DNA of 44,934 nucleotides, from NCBI GenBank assembly GCA_964364265.1, contig CAYILA010000002.1:7573-52506 (forward strand), in the 5' to 3' direction. Within the stretch, counting starts at the first letter, position 1. The number at the start of each line of letters is the position of its first letter. The DNA comes from an uncultured Candidatus Saccharibacteria bacterium (GTDB lineage Bacteria > Patescibacteriota > UBA1384 > XYA2-FULL-43-10 > 1-14-0-10-43-13). The notes beneath the pieces were generated by a model. It was not told the DNA's origin. It ran no database searches and saw only the letters and a list, made by a program, of their open reading frames with translations. The position numbers and the translations under genes are program-made. Of the stretch, positions 9,698 to 20,355 are shown piece by piece.

Positions 9698-11425
9698 ATG
9701 AGTGATTTCGAAAAAATGGTAAAAGGGCGTCTTTCCAAGATGGGCGGCCTCGTTATTGTGATTTCATTGGCGCTGCTTTGGCGTTTTTTTGATATCTCGG
9801 TGATTCAACATTCTCGTTTCCTGGCGGAAGCGGAAAAACAGCAACGATATGAGAAAAAAGAGATCGCCCAACGGGGAAAAATTTATGTTCACGACTCATA
9901 TTCCGACCAGAACAAGCTCTATCCTCTAGCTTTTGATGTTAAAAAATTCGAAATCAGTTCTTCTCCTAAAATAATTTTAGAGAGAAAGGGAGTATCCGAA
10001 AAACTTGCCGGTGCGTTGGGCATGAAACAGGATGAGGTTTTCGATAAAATCAATAACGACAAGATTTACGCAAATATCAAAAACTTTGCTTCTCTTGACG
10101 AGGCCAGAGAAGTCGAGGATTTAAATCTGGTCGGTGTTTCAGTCACCCCGCAGTACAGCCGCTACTATCCGGAAAACAACCTCGCCTCGCATGTCTTGGG
10201 TTTTGTGAACCGGGAAAGTAACGGAAACTACGGTTTTGAGGGTCATTATAATAATGAACTTCGCGGTCTGCCGGGGGAGATAGTTGGAATACAGGACTCG
10301 TACAAACGGCTGATTAATTTTGTCGACGAAAAACAGCCGCAGGACGGAACCAGCTATATATTGACAATTGACCGCTCGGTCCAATATTTTGTCGAAAAAA
10401 AACTAAAAGAATATATCGAGAGCACCAAATCTGATTCTGGATCGGTCGTTATCATGGACGTAAAAACCGGTGGAGTCGTGGCGATGGCGGCTCTGCCCAA
10501 TTTCGACCCCAATAAATACTATGAATTTGCCGATCTCAACTCAAACCTCTTTGTTAATCCTGTCATCGCTGGTTTGTATGAACCGGGCAGTATTATCAAG
10601 CCGATTGTCATGTCGGGAGCTTTAAGCGAGGGAGTCGTGACCAAGGACACCAAAGAAACTTTCTCAAATATGACTGTTGTCGATGGATATGAGATTCACA
10701 CCGCCGAAAACACCGCTTTCGGAGAGGAGACAATGAGCGATATCATTAAAAACTCCGATAATGTCGGTATGGTCTGGGTTTCGGAAAAACTGGGCAAAGA
10801 TAATATCTACAAATATGTCAAGGATTTTAATTTGTTGGACAAGACCAGAATCGATCTCGACTCGGAGGTTGTCGGAAACGTGCCGGAATTCAAATACTGG
10901 AAAGACATTAACCGTTCGACAATTGCTTTTGGACAAGGTGTCTCGGTGACACCGATTGCTCTTGTGTCGGCATATGCCGCAATTGCCAATAAAGGCGTCT
11001 ATATTTATCCACACATAGTTGATAAGATGGTCTCTGAAGGGGGGCTTGCCAAGAGCGTGGATAAACAAGAGGGCAAAAGAGTGATCAAGGAAGAGGCGGC
11101 CCGCGACGTTATCGCGATGATGGTAAGAGCGGTGGATGAAGGTCACGCTAAGAAAGCCGGTGTGGCAGGTTTTGATGTGGCTGCTAAAACCGGAACGGCT
11201 CAAATTTCAACAGCAAACGGATATGATTTTTCTGAAAGCGGTTTAGGTATATACAACCACTCTTTGGCCGGCATCGCTCCGGCTTCAGATCCGAGATATG
11301 CCATGATAGTCAGGTTGGAGCGGCCAAAGCTGTCGAAGTACGCCGAATCAACGGCCGCCCCGCTTTTTGGAGATATCTCATCCTTTTTGTTAAATTATTA
11401 TTATCGGCTTAACCCGACAAGATAG
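9698..11425 (+). CDS. ftsI: Class B penicillin-binding protein (FtsI/PBP2 family)
   Basis: RGKI, RYYP, YEPGSIIK (SxxK), SDN, KTGT. Confidence 0.9.
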   Translation: MSDFEKMVKGRLSKMGGLVIVISLALLWRFFDISVIQHSRFLAEAEKQQRYEKKEIAQRGKIYVHDSYSDQNKLYPLAFDVKKFEISSSPKIILERKGVSEKLAGALGMKQDEVFDKINNDKIYANIKNFASLDEAREVEDLNLVGVSVTPQYSRYYPENNLASHVLGFVNRESNGNYGFEGHYNNELRGLPGEIVGIQDSYKRLINFVDEKQPQDGTSYILTIDRSVQYFVEKKLKEYIESTKSDSGSVVIMDVKTGGVVAMAALPNFDPNKYYEFADLNSNLFVNPVIAGLYEPGSIIKPIVMSGALSEGVVTKDTKETFSNMTVVDGYEIHTAENTAFGEETMSDIIKNSDNVGMVWVSEKLGKDNIYKYVKDFNLLDKTRIDLDSEVVGNVPEFKYWKDINRSTIAFGQGVSVTPIALVSAYAAIANKGVYIYPHIVDKMVSEGGLAKSVDKQEGKRVIKEEAARDVIAMMVRAVDEGHAKKAGVAGFDVAAKTGTAQISTANGYDFSESGLGIYNHSLAGIAPASDPRYAMIVRLERPKLSKYAESTAAPLFGDISSFLLNYYYRLNPTR

Positions 11426-11427
11426 AT

Positions 11428-12687
11428 ATGAAGAATACATTTAAAAATATAATATATAAAGTTTTGAAAAAAAACGCCCGGAGGGTGATCGTAGAACACG
11501 ATCCTTTTGTTATAGCCGTTACCGGTTCGGTCGGAAAGACCTCAACCAAGGAAGCGATTTATCAAGTTTTATCTGACCAATATGGCGCGGATGTTCGAAA
11601 AAATTACGGCAATCTAAACACTGAAATCGGTCTGCCTCTAACGATACTGGGATATGAAAAGGTGCCCTCTAGAATTCTTTGGCCTATTTTTCTGGTTTCC
11701 GCTTATTTCAAACCGGTTTTCATTAAAAAATACCCAAAATATCTGATTCTGGAAATGGGAGTTGAGAAAGAGGGTGATATTGAATATTTGACCGGTATTG
11801 TCCAACCGGACATTGCCATCATTACTTCGGTTTCTGGCGCCCATCTTGAAAATTTTTCAGATCTTTCTCAATATCAAAATGAGAAAATCTCAATTATCAA
11901 GGACATAAAGGATAATGGAACGGTCTTTGTAAACGCCGATGATCCGGAACTGGACAAGATCGAATCAGCACAAAAAATTGGCATAAACAAAAGCAATGTT
12001 GACTATCATGGCGAGATTATTAATCTTGGGATTGACGGGACGGAAATTCGAATCTCTTGCACCGGCCACAAGATATCGGTCAAGTCAAAATTGCTTGGCG
12101 CCCAGCTGGCTTATTCCTCGCTATTCGCTTTTGCTGTCGCCAGTTGGATGAAAATATCGCTGTTGAAAGTCGGTAAATCTTTAGAGAAGATAAAACCGGT
12201 CCCGGGTCGGATGAACTATATCGAGGGGGAGGGAAATATCAAGATAATTGATGATACCTACAATTCAAATCCACAGTCGGCAAAATACGCGATTGATTTT
12301 ATGGATGCCTTGAAATATTCGGGGCGGAAAGTAATTATTTTTGGCTCAATGAATGAATTGGGCGGGGAGTCGGAGAGTCACCATCTTGAGGTAGCGAAAT
12401 ATGCCAAAGGTAAGGTTGATATGGCTATATTTTGCGGCGATAATGCAAAAAAACAAGTCGAGACATTCGGAGAATCCGGTACCGCTTTTCCAAACCGAAA
12501 AGAGTTAACTTCAAAAATAAAAACTCTTTTGAAAGAAAATGATTTGGTTTTAATAAAGGCCTCTCAAAACAGGAATTTTTTTGAAGAAGTGGTTAAAGTA
12601 TTAATGAAAGATAAGAATAAAGCAAAAGAATTATTGGTCAGACAAAATAAAATTTGGATCTCTAAAAAAGATAAGAAAGGAGCCTGA
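11428..12687 (+). CDS. murF: UDP-MurNAc-tripeptide--D-Ala-D-Ala ligase
   Basis: VTGSVGKTSTKE, NTEIGLP, LEMG, DDTYNSNP, KAS. Confidence 0.93.
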   Translation: MKNTFKNIIYKVLKKNARRVIVEHDPFVIAVTGSVGKTSTKEAIYQVLSDQYGADVRKNYGNLNTEIGLPLTILGYEKVPSRILWPIFLVSAYFKPVFIKKYPKYLILEMGVEKEGDIEYLTGIVQPDIAIITSVSGAHLENFSDLSQYQNEKISIIKDIKDNGTVFVNADDPELDKIESAQKIGINKSNVDYHGEIINLGIDGTEIRISCTGHKISVKSKLLGAQLAYSSLFAFAVASWMKISLLKVGKSLEKIKPVPGRMNYIEGEGNIKIIDDTYNSNPQSAKYAIDFMDALKYSGRKVIIFGSMNELGGESESHHLEVAKYAKGKVDMAIFCGDNAKKQVETFGESGTAFPNRKELTSKIKTLLKENDLVLIKASQNRNFFEEVVKVLMKDKNKAKELLVRQNKIWISKKDKKGA

Positions 12688-13700
12688 TGGAATTATTGTT
12701 GATTTCGACAAGCGATGTGGTAAAAATGCTTTGGCTAGCTTTAGCGTCATTCTTGATTGCTTTTACCCTGACTCCAATGTTTACCAATTTTTTATATAAG
12801 AATAATTTAGGCAAAAGGATACGGACCGGTAAAGAGACGCCTGTCTATTCAGAGTTACATGCCAAGAAAGAGGGAACCCCGACGATGGGGGGTATCCTGA
12901 TCTGGGTTACAGTGGCGATATTAACTTTGTTATTCAATTTGGAACGAAGTTCGACCTGGCTGCCGCTTTTTGCTCTCGTTGCGACCGGAGTGGTTGGAGC
13001 AGTTGATGATTTGATGAATGTCCGCGGACAGGGACCGAATGGCGGAGGAATGAGATTTTGGGATAAATTTATCTTGTATACCGTAATTGCCGCCGCCGGT
13101 GCTTGGTGGTTTTATACCAAATTAGAATGGAATCAAATCCATATTCCAGGTATGGGTGATTATGTAATCGGTTTTTGGTATGTGCCACTATTCGTAGCCG
13201 TTTTAGTCTGGATGGCCTTTTCCTCAAATGAGACCGACGGCCTGGACGGTTTAGCCGGCGGCATCTTCGCTTATTCATATGGCGCCTACGCTATAATCGC
13301 CCTAATGCAGGGTCGAGAGGGCTTGGCCGCTTTCTGCGCCACGGTTATGGGAGCGCTTCTTGCTTTCCTTTGGTTCAATATCCCTCCGGCCAGATTCTTC
13401 ATGGGCGATACCGGCTCGATGGCGCTTGGAATTACACTGGGCGTCATTGCTTTTATGACTAATTCTGTCGTCCTGTTGCCGATAATTACGCTTGTATTCT
13501 TAATCGAGGGATTGAGTTTTGTGGTTCAATATTTGTCAAAAAAAATCAGAGGTAAAAAAATTTTTATTTCGTCGCCCCTTCATCACCATTTGGAAGCAAT
13601 CGGTTGGCCAGAATATAAAATCACCATGAGGTTTTGGATTATCGGCATGGTGGCCGCCGCCGCCGGTATTGTGATCGGGATTATCGGCAGAGGCAACTAA
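12687..13700 (+). CDS. mraY: Phospho-MurNAc-pentapeptide transferase
   Basis: KEGTPTMGG, NETDGLDGL, FMGDTGS, PLHHH. Confidence 0.97.
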   Translation: MELLLISTSDVVKMLWLALASFLIAFTLTPMFTNFLYKNNLGKRIRTGKETPVYSELHAKKEGTPTMGGILIWVTVAILTLLFNLERSSTWLPLFALVATGVVGAVDDLMNVRGQGPNGGGMRFWDKFILYTVIAAAGAWWFYTKLEWNQIHIPGMGDYVIGFWYVPLFVAVLVWMAFSSNETDGLDGLAGGIFAYSYGAYAIIALMQGREGLAAFCATVMGALLAFLWFNIPPARFFMGDTGSMALGITLGVIAFMTNSVVLLPIITLVFLIEGLSFVVQYLSKKIRGKKIFISSPLHHHLEAIGWPEYKITMRFWIIGMVAAAAGIVIGIIGRGN

Positions 13701-15109
13701 TGAAAATAGCAGATCTAAAAGATAAGAAGATCGGAATCCTGGGCCTCGGAGTCGAGGGTCTTTCCCTGTATCAAAAATTAAAAAATGAAGTGAAAAACAT
13801 CGCCGTTTTTGATCAATATACCGAAGAAGAACTTGTGTCCAAATCAGAGCCGGAGAACCTGGATTTAATCAAAAATATATTGGAAGACCCAAAAACAGTT
13901 AAATTTCTTGGACCGGAATATCTCAAAAATATTGGCGACATCGATGTCCTGTTTCGTTCTCCTGGAATTTCATATCTCAATCCGGAGATAGTAGCGGCAA
14001 AAGAGCGAGGCGCAATAATATCGAGCCAGATTAAACTGTTTATTGAAAATTGTCCGGCCCAGATTGTGAGCGTTACCGGTACAAAAGGAAAGGGCACAAC
14101 CGCAACTTTAATTAAAGAACTCCTGGTTCGCGGTTTGGGCAGAAAAATATATCTGGCCGGCAATATCGGCTTGCCGGCTATCACCTTGCTTGACGAGACC
14201 ACTCCGGACGACATAGTCGTTCTTGAATTATCCAGTTTTCAGCTGATGGATTTGGAGATCAGCCCAAGCGTTGCCGTTGTTACAAACCTTTACGAAGAAC
14301 ATCTCGATTACCATAATGATGATAATGAATACATTCAGGCCAAATACAATATAATAGCCCATCAAAATCCCGACGATATAGCAATTCTAAATATCAATTC
14401 AACTTTTCCAAAGGAGATGTTATCTGGCTCCAAAAGCCAGAAACAATATTTTTCAAAAGATGAAAATAAGAAGTGTCGAGCGTATATTCGCCAGAATAAC
14501 GATAAAATAGCCGAGGTTATTTTAGTTCTCAATCAAGAAGTCATAATCTGTAACCAAAAGGGGATTAAGTTATTGGGGCGCCACAATCTTGAAAATATCG
14601 CCGCCGCCGCGCTGGTAGCCGATAATTTCGGAATCAAACCGAAGTTAATTAAAAGCGTGGTATCGGAATTCAGAGGTCTGCCGCACAGGTTGGAGCTGGT
14701 GGCGATAAAAGATGATATCACATACATTGATGATTCTTTTGGAACAAATCCCGGCCCCGCCATTGCCGCCATCAAAGCGTTTTCAGAAGATAAAATCCTG
14801 ATATTGGGGGGCAGTAGCAAAAGCGCTGATTTTACGGAAATGGCAAAAGAAATTACGGGCACAAATGTTGTTGGCGTTGTTCTTGTTGGTGACGAAGGTT
14901 CAAAAATCGGCGATACTCTGGTCAAGAACGGTTTTGCCGGTTCCGCAATCGAAGGCGGCAACGATATGGTCTCGATTGTTCAAAATGCCAAGAAAATCGC
15001 CAAATCTGGACAGGTCGTTATTCTTTCACCGGCCTGCGCCAGTTTCGGATTATTTAAAAACTATAAAGATAGAGGAGAACAGTTTAAAAAAGCGGTGGAG
15101 AATTTGTAA
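13700..15109 (+). CDS. murD: UDP-MurNAc-L-Ala--D-Glu ligase
   Basis: GLGVEG, SPG, GTKGKGTT, GNIG, ELSSFQL, HLDYH, HRLE, LSPACASF; start taken at the ATG overlapping the mraY stop. Confidence 0.96.
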   Translation: MKIADLKDKKIGILGLGVEGLSLYQKLKNEVKNIAVFDQYTEEELVSKSEPENLDLIKNILEDPKTVKFLGPEYLKNIGDIDVLFRSPGISYLNPEIVAAKERGAIISSQIKLFIENCPAQIVSVTGTKGKGTTATLIKELLVRGLGRKIYLAGNIGLPAITLLDETTPDDIVVLELSSFQLMDLEISPSVAVVTNLYEEHLDYHNDDNEYIQAKYNIIAHQNPDDIAILNINSTFPKEMLSGSKSQKQYFSKDENKKCRAYIRQNNDKIAEVILVLNQEVIICNQKGIKLLGRHNLENIAAAALVADNFGIKPKLIKSVVSEFRGLPHRLELVAIKDDITYIDDSFGTNPGPAIAAIKAFSEDKILILGGSSKSADFTEMAKEITGTNVVGVVLVGDEGSKIGDTLVKNGFAGSAIEGGNDMVSIVQNAKKIAKSGQVVILSPACASFGLFKNYKDRGEQFKKAVENL

Positions 15110-15111
15110 AT

Positions 15112-16206
15112 ATGGATTGGATAAAAAGAAAACAAGATTTCATTTTGTCTTTAGCGGTCTTTTCGCTGGTCGTTATCGGTTTAGTGATGATTTACTCGGT
15201 CTCAAAATATTATTCGCTCCAGATTACAAATGAAGCGAGCGATAAACTATATCTAAAAAAACAATTAATCTTTGTGGTAGTCGGTATATTCTTCTGGATA
15301 ATACTCCAATCGGTTAATTATCAGGTTTGGAAAAGGTATTCTCCCTGGATGTTGCCGGTCACGATCATGTTGTTGTTGATTCCATATATTACCGGAGGCG
15401 CTTCCGAAAGATGGGTTGATTTGAAATTATTTAATTTTCAACCCTCGGAGTTGGCAAAATTAACCATGATAATTTATCTTTCGGGTTGGTTTGCGGGCAA
15501 AGAAGAGAATTACGAAAAGATAAAAAGAATGTTTTTTCCTTTTGTAATCACAATGTCTTTGATATGCTATTCTCTATTTTTACAAAAAGATTTGGGAACC
15601 ATGGCTATATTTGTGGTGGTCGCCAGCGTCATCTTTATGGTCGCCGGGTCTTCGGCCTATCATCTGATTTCGGTTGGCGGTATAATAGCCCTTCTGGCCT
15701 ATCTGATGATCAAATTTGAACCCTATCGAATGCAAAGATTGCTTACTTTCCTAAATCCCGAAACCGATACATCTTCGACCGGCTATCACATCAATAACGC
15801 CCTGATCGCCATTGGTTCAGGAGGGTTATGGGGTTTGGGATTCGGACAAAGCCGGCAAAAATTTCTCTACCTGCCGGAAGCCCATACCGACTCGATCTTC
15901 GCCATAATCGCTGAGGAAAACGGGTTTCTTCGGACCTCGTTACTGATTATTTTGTTTGGACTGTTGGCTCTTCGGGGATATAAAATTGCTTCTGAAGCGC
16001 CCGACACATTTTCAAGATTACTGGCTACCGGCATTACCACCTGGATTATCATCCAAGCTTTTATAAACATCGGCGCTATGCTTTCGGTCGTTCCCTTGAC
16101 TGGCATACCGATACCCTTCATCAGCTACGGTGGAACTTCCCTGACAGTTCTCTTAGCGGCAGTCGGGATATTAATAAATATTTCAAAATATAAGGCGTCA
16201 AAATGA
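15112..16206 (+). CDS. ftsW: SEDS peptidoglycan polymerase FtsW
   Basis: RW..QPSELAK, LPEAHTDSIFA, PLTGIP.PFISYGG. Confidence 0.95.
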   Translation: MDWIKRKQDFILSLAVFSLVVIGLVMIYSVSKYYSLQITNEASDKLYLKKQLIFVVVGIFFWIILQSVNYQVWKRYSPWMLPVTIMLLLIPYITGGASERWVDLKLFNFQPSELAKLTMIIYLSGWFAGKEENYEKIKRMFFPFVITMSLICYSLFLQKDLGTMAIFVVVASVIFMVAGSSAYHLISVGGIIALLAYLMIKFEPYRMQRLLTFLNPETDTSSTGYHINNALIAIGSGGLWGLGFGQSRQKFLYLPEAHTDSIFAIIAEENGFLRTSLLIILFGLLALRGYKIASEAPDTFSRLLATGITTWIIIQAFINIGAMLSVVPLTGIPIPFISYGGTSLTVLLAAVGILINISKYKASK

Positions 16207-17336
16207 ATAACAATATGCCCCCAAAATTATTATTGGTTGGCGGCGGCACCGGCGGACATGCCGGCCCGATAATAGCTCTCTATAATCAATTAATAAAAGA
16301 TGATTCGGATATGGACATAACAATTGTTGGTTCCGGTACACCAGAGGAGATGTATTTTTACAAGGATTTGAAAAATTATCTCGTAATCAAATCAGGGAAA
16401 CTTCACCGATATTTGACTACGAAAAATATCATAGAACTTTCAAAAGCAATTATTGGCTTTGCTCAATCAATATCGTTGCTTAGAAAAATCAAACCGGACT
16501 ATGTTTTCTCGAAGGGTGGTCATGTTTCTCTTCCAATCGTTAGGGCTGCTATTTTGCTTAATATTCCTTATTCAATTCACGAATCCGATATTTCAATCGG
16601 AAAAACCAATTTAGTGTTTTCCAAAAAAGCCGATAAAGTATTTGTTTGTTACCCGCTTAAATACTTTCCGCAAGTTAAGAAGGAGAAGTTAGTACAAAGC
16701 GGGCCGATTTTACGGGAAGGTTATGAAATCGGCAAAACCGGCGAGAAAAAACATTTTGGTTTTAAAGATGACAAACCGGTTTTATTATTGACCGGTGGCA
16801 GTCAGGGATCATTAAAATTAAGCGAAACATTCATTGAGATAGTTCCGAAATTACTTAAAGATTTTAACATCATCCATCAAGCCGGAAAACACAGTATTGA
16901 AATTTCAAGAGAATTTAAAAGCAAATTAACAGAAGAAGAAAAACGAGGTTATTATTTGACAGAGATGCTCTCAAAAATAGATTCAATCGATTATATGTCT
17001 GAAGCATTGGATTTGGCAAATATCGTCATTACCAGGGCTGGTAGCACAATCCTGGAGGTAGCCGTCAAATCAAAACCGATGATTATTATCCCATGGAAAG
17101 ATGCGGCCCAAAATCATCAGGATAAAAATGCCGAGTATTTCGCAACAAATAAAGCGGCAATTATCATCAAGGAAAATGAATTAAGATCTGAAACGTTATT
17201 AAAAACTGTAGAGGACCTTTGGAAAGATGAGGAGGAACGGGAAAAAATAATAACCAACATTTCAAAACTATTCCCCAATAATGGAGTAAAAATTGTTGCC
17301 CGAGAAATTATTGAAAGGCTGAAAGCCGGAAAGTAA
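16203..17336 (+). CDS. murG: Lipid II GlcNAc transferase
   Basis: GGGTGGH, KGGHVS.P, HES, GGSQG, RAG, HQ..NA. Confidence 0.95.
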   Translation: MNNNMPPKLLLVGGGTGGHAGPIIALYNQLIKDDSDMDITIVGSGTPEEMYFYKDLKNYLVIKSGKLHRYLTTKNIIELSKAIIGFAQSISLLRKIKPDYVFSKGGHVSLPIVRAAILLNIPYSIHESDISIGKTNLVFSKKADKVFVCYPLKYFPQVKKEKLVQSGPILREGYEIGKTGEKKHFGFKDDKPVLLLTGGSQGSLKLSETFIEIVPKLLKDFNIIHQAGKHSIEISREFKSKLTEEEKRGYYLTEMLSKIDSIDYMSEALDLANIVITRAGSTILEVAVKSKPMIIIPWKDAAQNHQDKNAEYFATNKAAIIIKENELRSETLLKTVEDLWKDEEEREKIITNISKLFPNNGVKIVAREIIERLKAGK

Positions 17337-17340
17337 ATAT

Positions 17341-18600
17341 ATGAGGTATCATTTCATCGGCGATCAAGGAATCTCGATGAGGGGTCTGAAAGAATATCTA
17401 AAAAACCTTGGCAATGAGGTCAGCGGTTCAGATATCAAAACCGGAGGCCATAGTCCGGAGAATATCGGATCCGACATTGATGTCGTAGTCAGGACATCGG
17501 CTGTTAATCCCGGTTCTCCCGGTTGGATTGAGGTTGAGCAAGCCCAAAAAAAAGGGATCAAGGTTATTAAAAGATCGGAACTCTTGGGAGAAATCACTCA
17601 AGATAAGAAATTAATTGCCGTTTCCGGAATGCATGGAAAAACAACCATTACTGCCATGGTCGGTCTGACGATGGTGAAGGCCGGCCTTGATCCGATTATA
17701 CTGGTTGGAGAAGAGGTTAAAGATTTGGGGGGAGTATTAAAAATTGGTAAAAGCGATTGGTTTGTAGCCGAGGTCTGTGAGTATGACAAAAGCTTTTTAG
17801 ATGTTAACCCATATATATTAATATTGACTAACATTGAAGAAGAACATCTCGACACTTTTCCGGGAGGAATAGAGGAGATTAAAGATAACTTTGTACAATA
17901 TTTAGGGAGGGTGGCGAAGGATGGTCTGATTATTGCCTGCGCCGATGATGAAAATGTCAAAGAGGTAATTTCAGAATCAGACACCGAAACAAAAGTTGTT
18001 TATTATGGATTCAAATCCGATAAATACAATAAATTAAAATTTGAACTCTCTATTCCCGGGGAACATAACCGCAATAACGCACTTGCGGTAACTGCCCTAT
18101 CTGATTATCTAAATATTGATCAAGAAGTTACAAAAGAAGTCCTTTCAAATTTCAAGGGGGCGCGTCGCAGATTTGAATATCGCGGACGATATAACGGTGC
18201 CGATATGATTGATGATTACGGTCATCATCCGACCGAGATAAAAAAGACGATCGAAGCGTTAAATGAAAAATATCCTGACAAAAAGAAGATTGTTGTATTT
18301 TGGCCCCATCAATATAAAAGAATATTACCGCTTTTGACACAGTTCGGAGAGGCTTTCGGATCGGCTGATGAGGTAATAATCAAACCGATATATTTCGTAC
18401 CGGGCAGGGATAAAAAACTGGATGTTTCATCGGAAAGTCTGGCAGAAAAAGTCAATCAAAACAAGGGTAAAGCCAAAGTTATGCAAACCGACCGGGAGAT
18501 TGCCGATTATTTAAAATCAAAATTGAACACAAATACGGTTTTACTAACAATCGGAATCCCGCCGATTTACAAGGTGATTGATTTATTAATAAATGAATGA
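17341..18600 (+). CDS. murC: UDP-MurNAc--L-Ala ligase
   Basis: GMHGKTT, TNIEEEHLD, GEHN..NA, RRFE, DDYGHHPTEI. Confidence 0.92.
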   Translation: MRYHFIGDQGISMRGLKEYLKNLGNEVSGSDIKTGGHSPENIGSDIDVVVRTSAVNPGSPGWIEVEQAQKKGIKVIKRSELLGEITQDKKLIAVSGMHGKTTITAMVGLTMVKAGLDPIILVGEEVKDLGGVLKIGKSDWFVAEVCEYDKSFLDVNPYILILTNIEEEHLDTFPGGIEEIKDNFVQYLGRVAKDGLIIACADDENVKEVISESDTETKVVYYGFKSDKYNKLKFELSIPGEHNRNNALAVTALSDYLNIDQEVTKEVLSNFKGARRRFEYRGRYNGADMIDDYGHHPTEIKKTIEALNEKYPDKKKIVVFWPHQYKRILPLLTQFGEAFGSADEVIIKPIYFVPGRDKKLDVSSESLAEKVNQNKGKAKVMQTDREIADYLKSKLNTNTVLLTIGIPPIYKVIDLLINE

Positions 18601-19531
18601 CGAGATTTACAAAGAACTTCAAGCCGAACTGGGTGAAACTGTCGAGTTTAACTATCTATTATCTAATCTTTCCAAAATCGGTGTCGGCGGGGTTTGCACA
18701 TATTACTATCTGGCCATAGATATTAAAAGCGTAATTAAAGCGGTATCATTGGCCATTCAATATGAAATACCGTATCTGGTAATCGGACAGGGTTGCGATG
18801 TCGTTCCCTCGGACAGAGGATTCTTCGGGTTGGTAATCAAGAATATCAGCAATAATATAATATTCGGTCCGGATGGTTCGGAGGCAATTGTTGATTCCGG
18901 AGTGACCCTTCCTTCTTTTATCAATTACTCTGCAGGAAGAGACTTGGGAGGATTGGAGTTTTTAAATGGTTACGACGGATCAGTCGGAGGTGCAATCTAT
19001 GGCAATTATAAATATAAAGATTATTCAATAAGCGACTTTGTCAAATCAGTAACAGTCCTGATCCAAGACGGAAAAGACATTAAATACGAAAATATTTCCT
19101 GCAACAGGATGGAGTTTTGTCTGAATTCGTCGTTTATTAAAGATATTAGCAATACTCACAAACCGATAATTCTTACGGCAAGAGTCCAATTGATAAAGAG
19201 ACGGAAGGATGAAATATTGCGTTTAATGAAGGAGTCCTTAGTCGCCAAGAAGTTCAGCAGGGTCGAGACACAACAAAGCATAATCAATTTCTTTCTTGAT
19301 ACGGATCTTGAAAGTGAAGAAAAAATCGATCAATTATTAGAGGGAGTAAATAATAAGAAACAAAAGATTGGAGGAGCGCAATTTTCCAGAGAAATCCCAA
19401 ATTGCATCATCAACCGTAAAAACGCCCGGGCCGAGGATATTAGAGCGCTAGCCGATTTAGCAAGGGATAATATCTTAGAAAAATGTGGGCATAGTATTAC
19501 TGAAAGAATTGAGTATATCGGACAATGGTAA
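18593..19531 (+). CDS. murB: MurB-family flavoprotein with degenerate catalytic motifs
   Basis: VGG, DSGV, GLEF..G..GSVGGAI.GN, IGGAQ.S...N.IIN...A.AEDI; position after murC. Confidence 0.8.
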   Translation: MNDEIYKELQAELGETVEFNYLLSNLSKIGVGGVCTYYYLAIDIKSVIKAVSLAIQYEIPYLVIGQGCDVVPSDRGFFGLVIKNISNNIIFGPDGSEAIVDSGVTLPSFINYSAGRDLGGLEFLNGYDGSVGGAIYGNYKYKDYSISDFVKSVTVLIQDGKDIKYENISCNRMEFCLNSSFIKDISNTHKPIILTARVQLIKRRKDEILRLMKESLVAKKFSRVETQQSIINFFLDTDLESEEKIDQLLEGVNNKKQKIGGAQFSREIPNCIINRKNARAEDIRALADLARDNILEKCGHSITERIEYIGQW

Positions 19532-20337
19532 AGTTTCGATTTAAAAAAAGAAGCCGGTTATTTTCAACAAAGGACAGAGCATTCTCTTCCTCTTTTATCA
19601 ATACCGGAGATCTCCGATCTAAAAACGATACCGCGCGGTACAGAATAATTTATAAAATAATTCTTGCAATGTTAATTATTTCAACTTCCGGCTATTTCTT
19701 ATTCTTTTCAGGCGTTTTTAAAATCAAGGATGTAATTATTGAGGGAAACACCAATATTTCGTCGGAAGATTTGATGTCAAAATTGTCGAAGGGAAGCAAT
19801 GTATTTTTATTTGATATTGAAAAAGCACAAAGCGATATATTGAAAAATACGCCTCAAATAAGAGAGCTTAAAATATATCGGGGCTTGCCCAACGCTCTGA
19901 AAATTATTGTGGTTGAACGGGAGAGTAAAATTATCTGGCAGACCAATAATGAAAAATACCTGATATCCTCACAGGGAGAAATTGCTAAAAAATTAAATAG
20001 CGACATAGAAATCGGTACGATGCCGGTCGTAACCGATAAATTAAACCGACCGGTGGAATTATCGATGAAATTGGTTCCGTCCAGTTTTGTCGTCTTTATA
20101 GAAAATATTTACAGTCAGTTTGAGGGTTACTCGGGGACAAAACCGAAATATTTTGAAGTCGAGGAGACAACCTTTGATGTCAATCTGTTCACAGAAGCCG
20201 GTTATTATGTAAAGTTCAATACCACAAGAAGCAGCAGAAAACAGTTGGAAAATCTCAAGAGGGTGATTGTGGCGAAAGGCGGTGAAGTCAAGGAGTACAT
20301 TGATCTTCGAATCGACGGCTGGGCCTATTTTAAATAA
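19525..20337 (+). CDS. ftsQ: FtsQ/DivIB POTRA-domain protein
   Basis: TM, IKDVIIEGN, LPNALKI.V.ER, C-terminal YIDLR. Confidence 0.85.
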   Translation: MVKFRFKKRSRLFSTKDRAFSSSFINTGDLRSKNDTARYRIIYKIILAMLIISTSGYFLFFSGVFKIKDVIIEGNTNISSEDLMSKLSKGSNVFLFDIEKAQSDILKNTPQIRELKIYRGLPNALKIIVVERESKIIWQTNNEKYLISSQGEIAKKLNSDIEIGTMPVVTDKLNRPVELSMKLVPSSFVVFIENIYSQFEGYSGTKPKYFEVEETTFDVNLFTEAGYYVKFNTTRSSRKQLENLKRVIVAKGGEVKEYIDLRIDGWAYFK

Positions 20338-20355
20338 TAATACGCGGATAACAAT

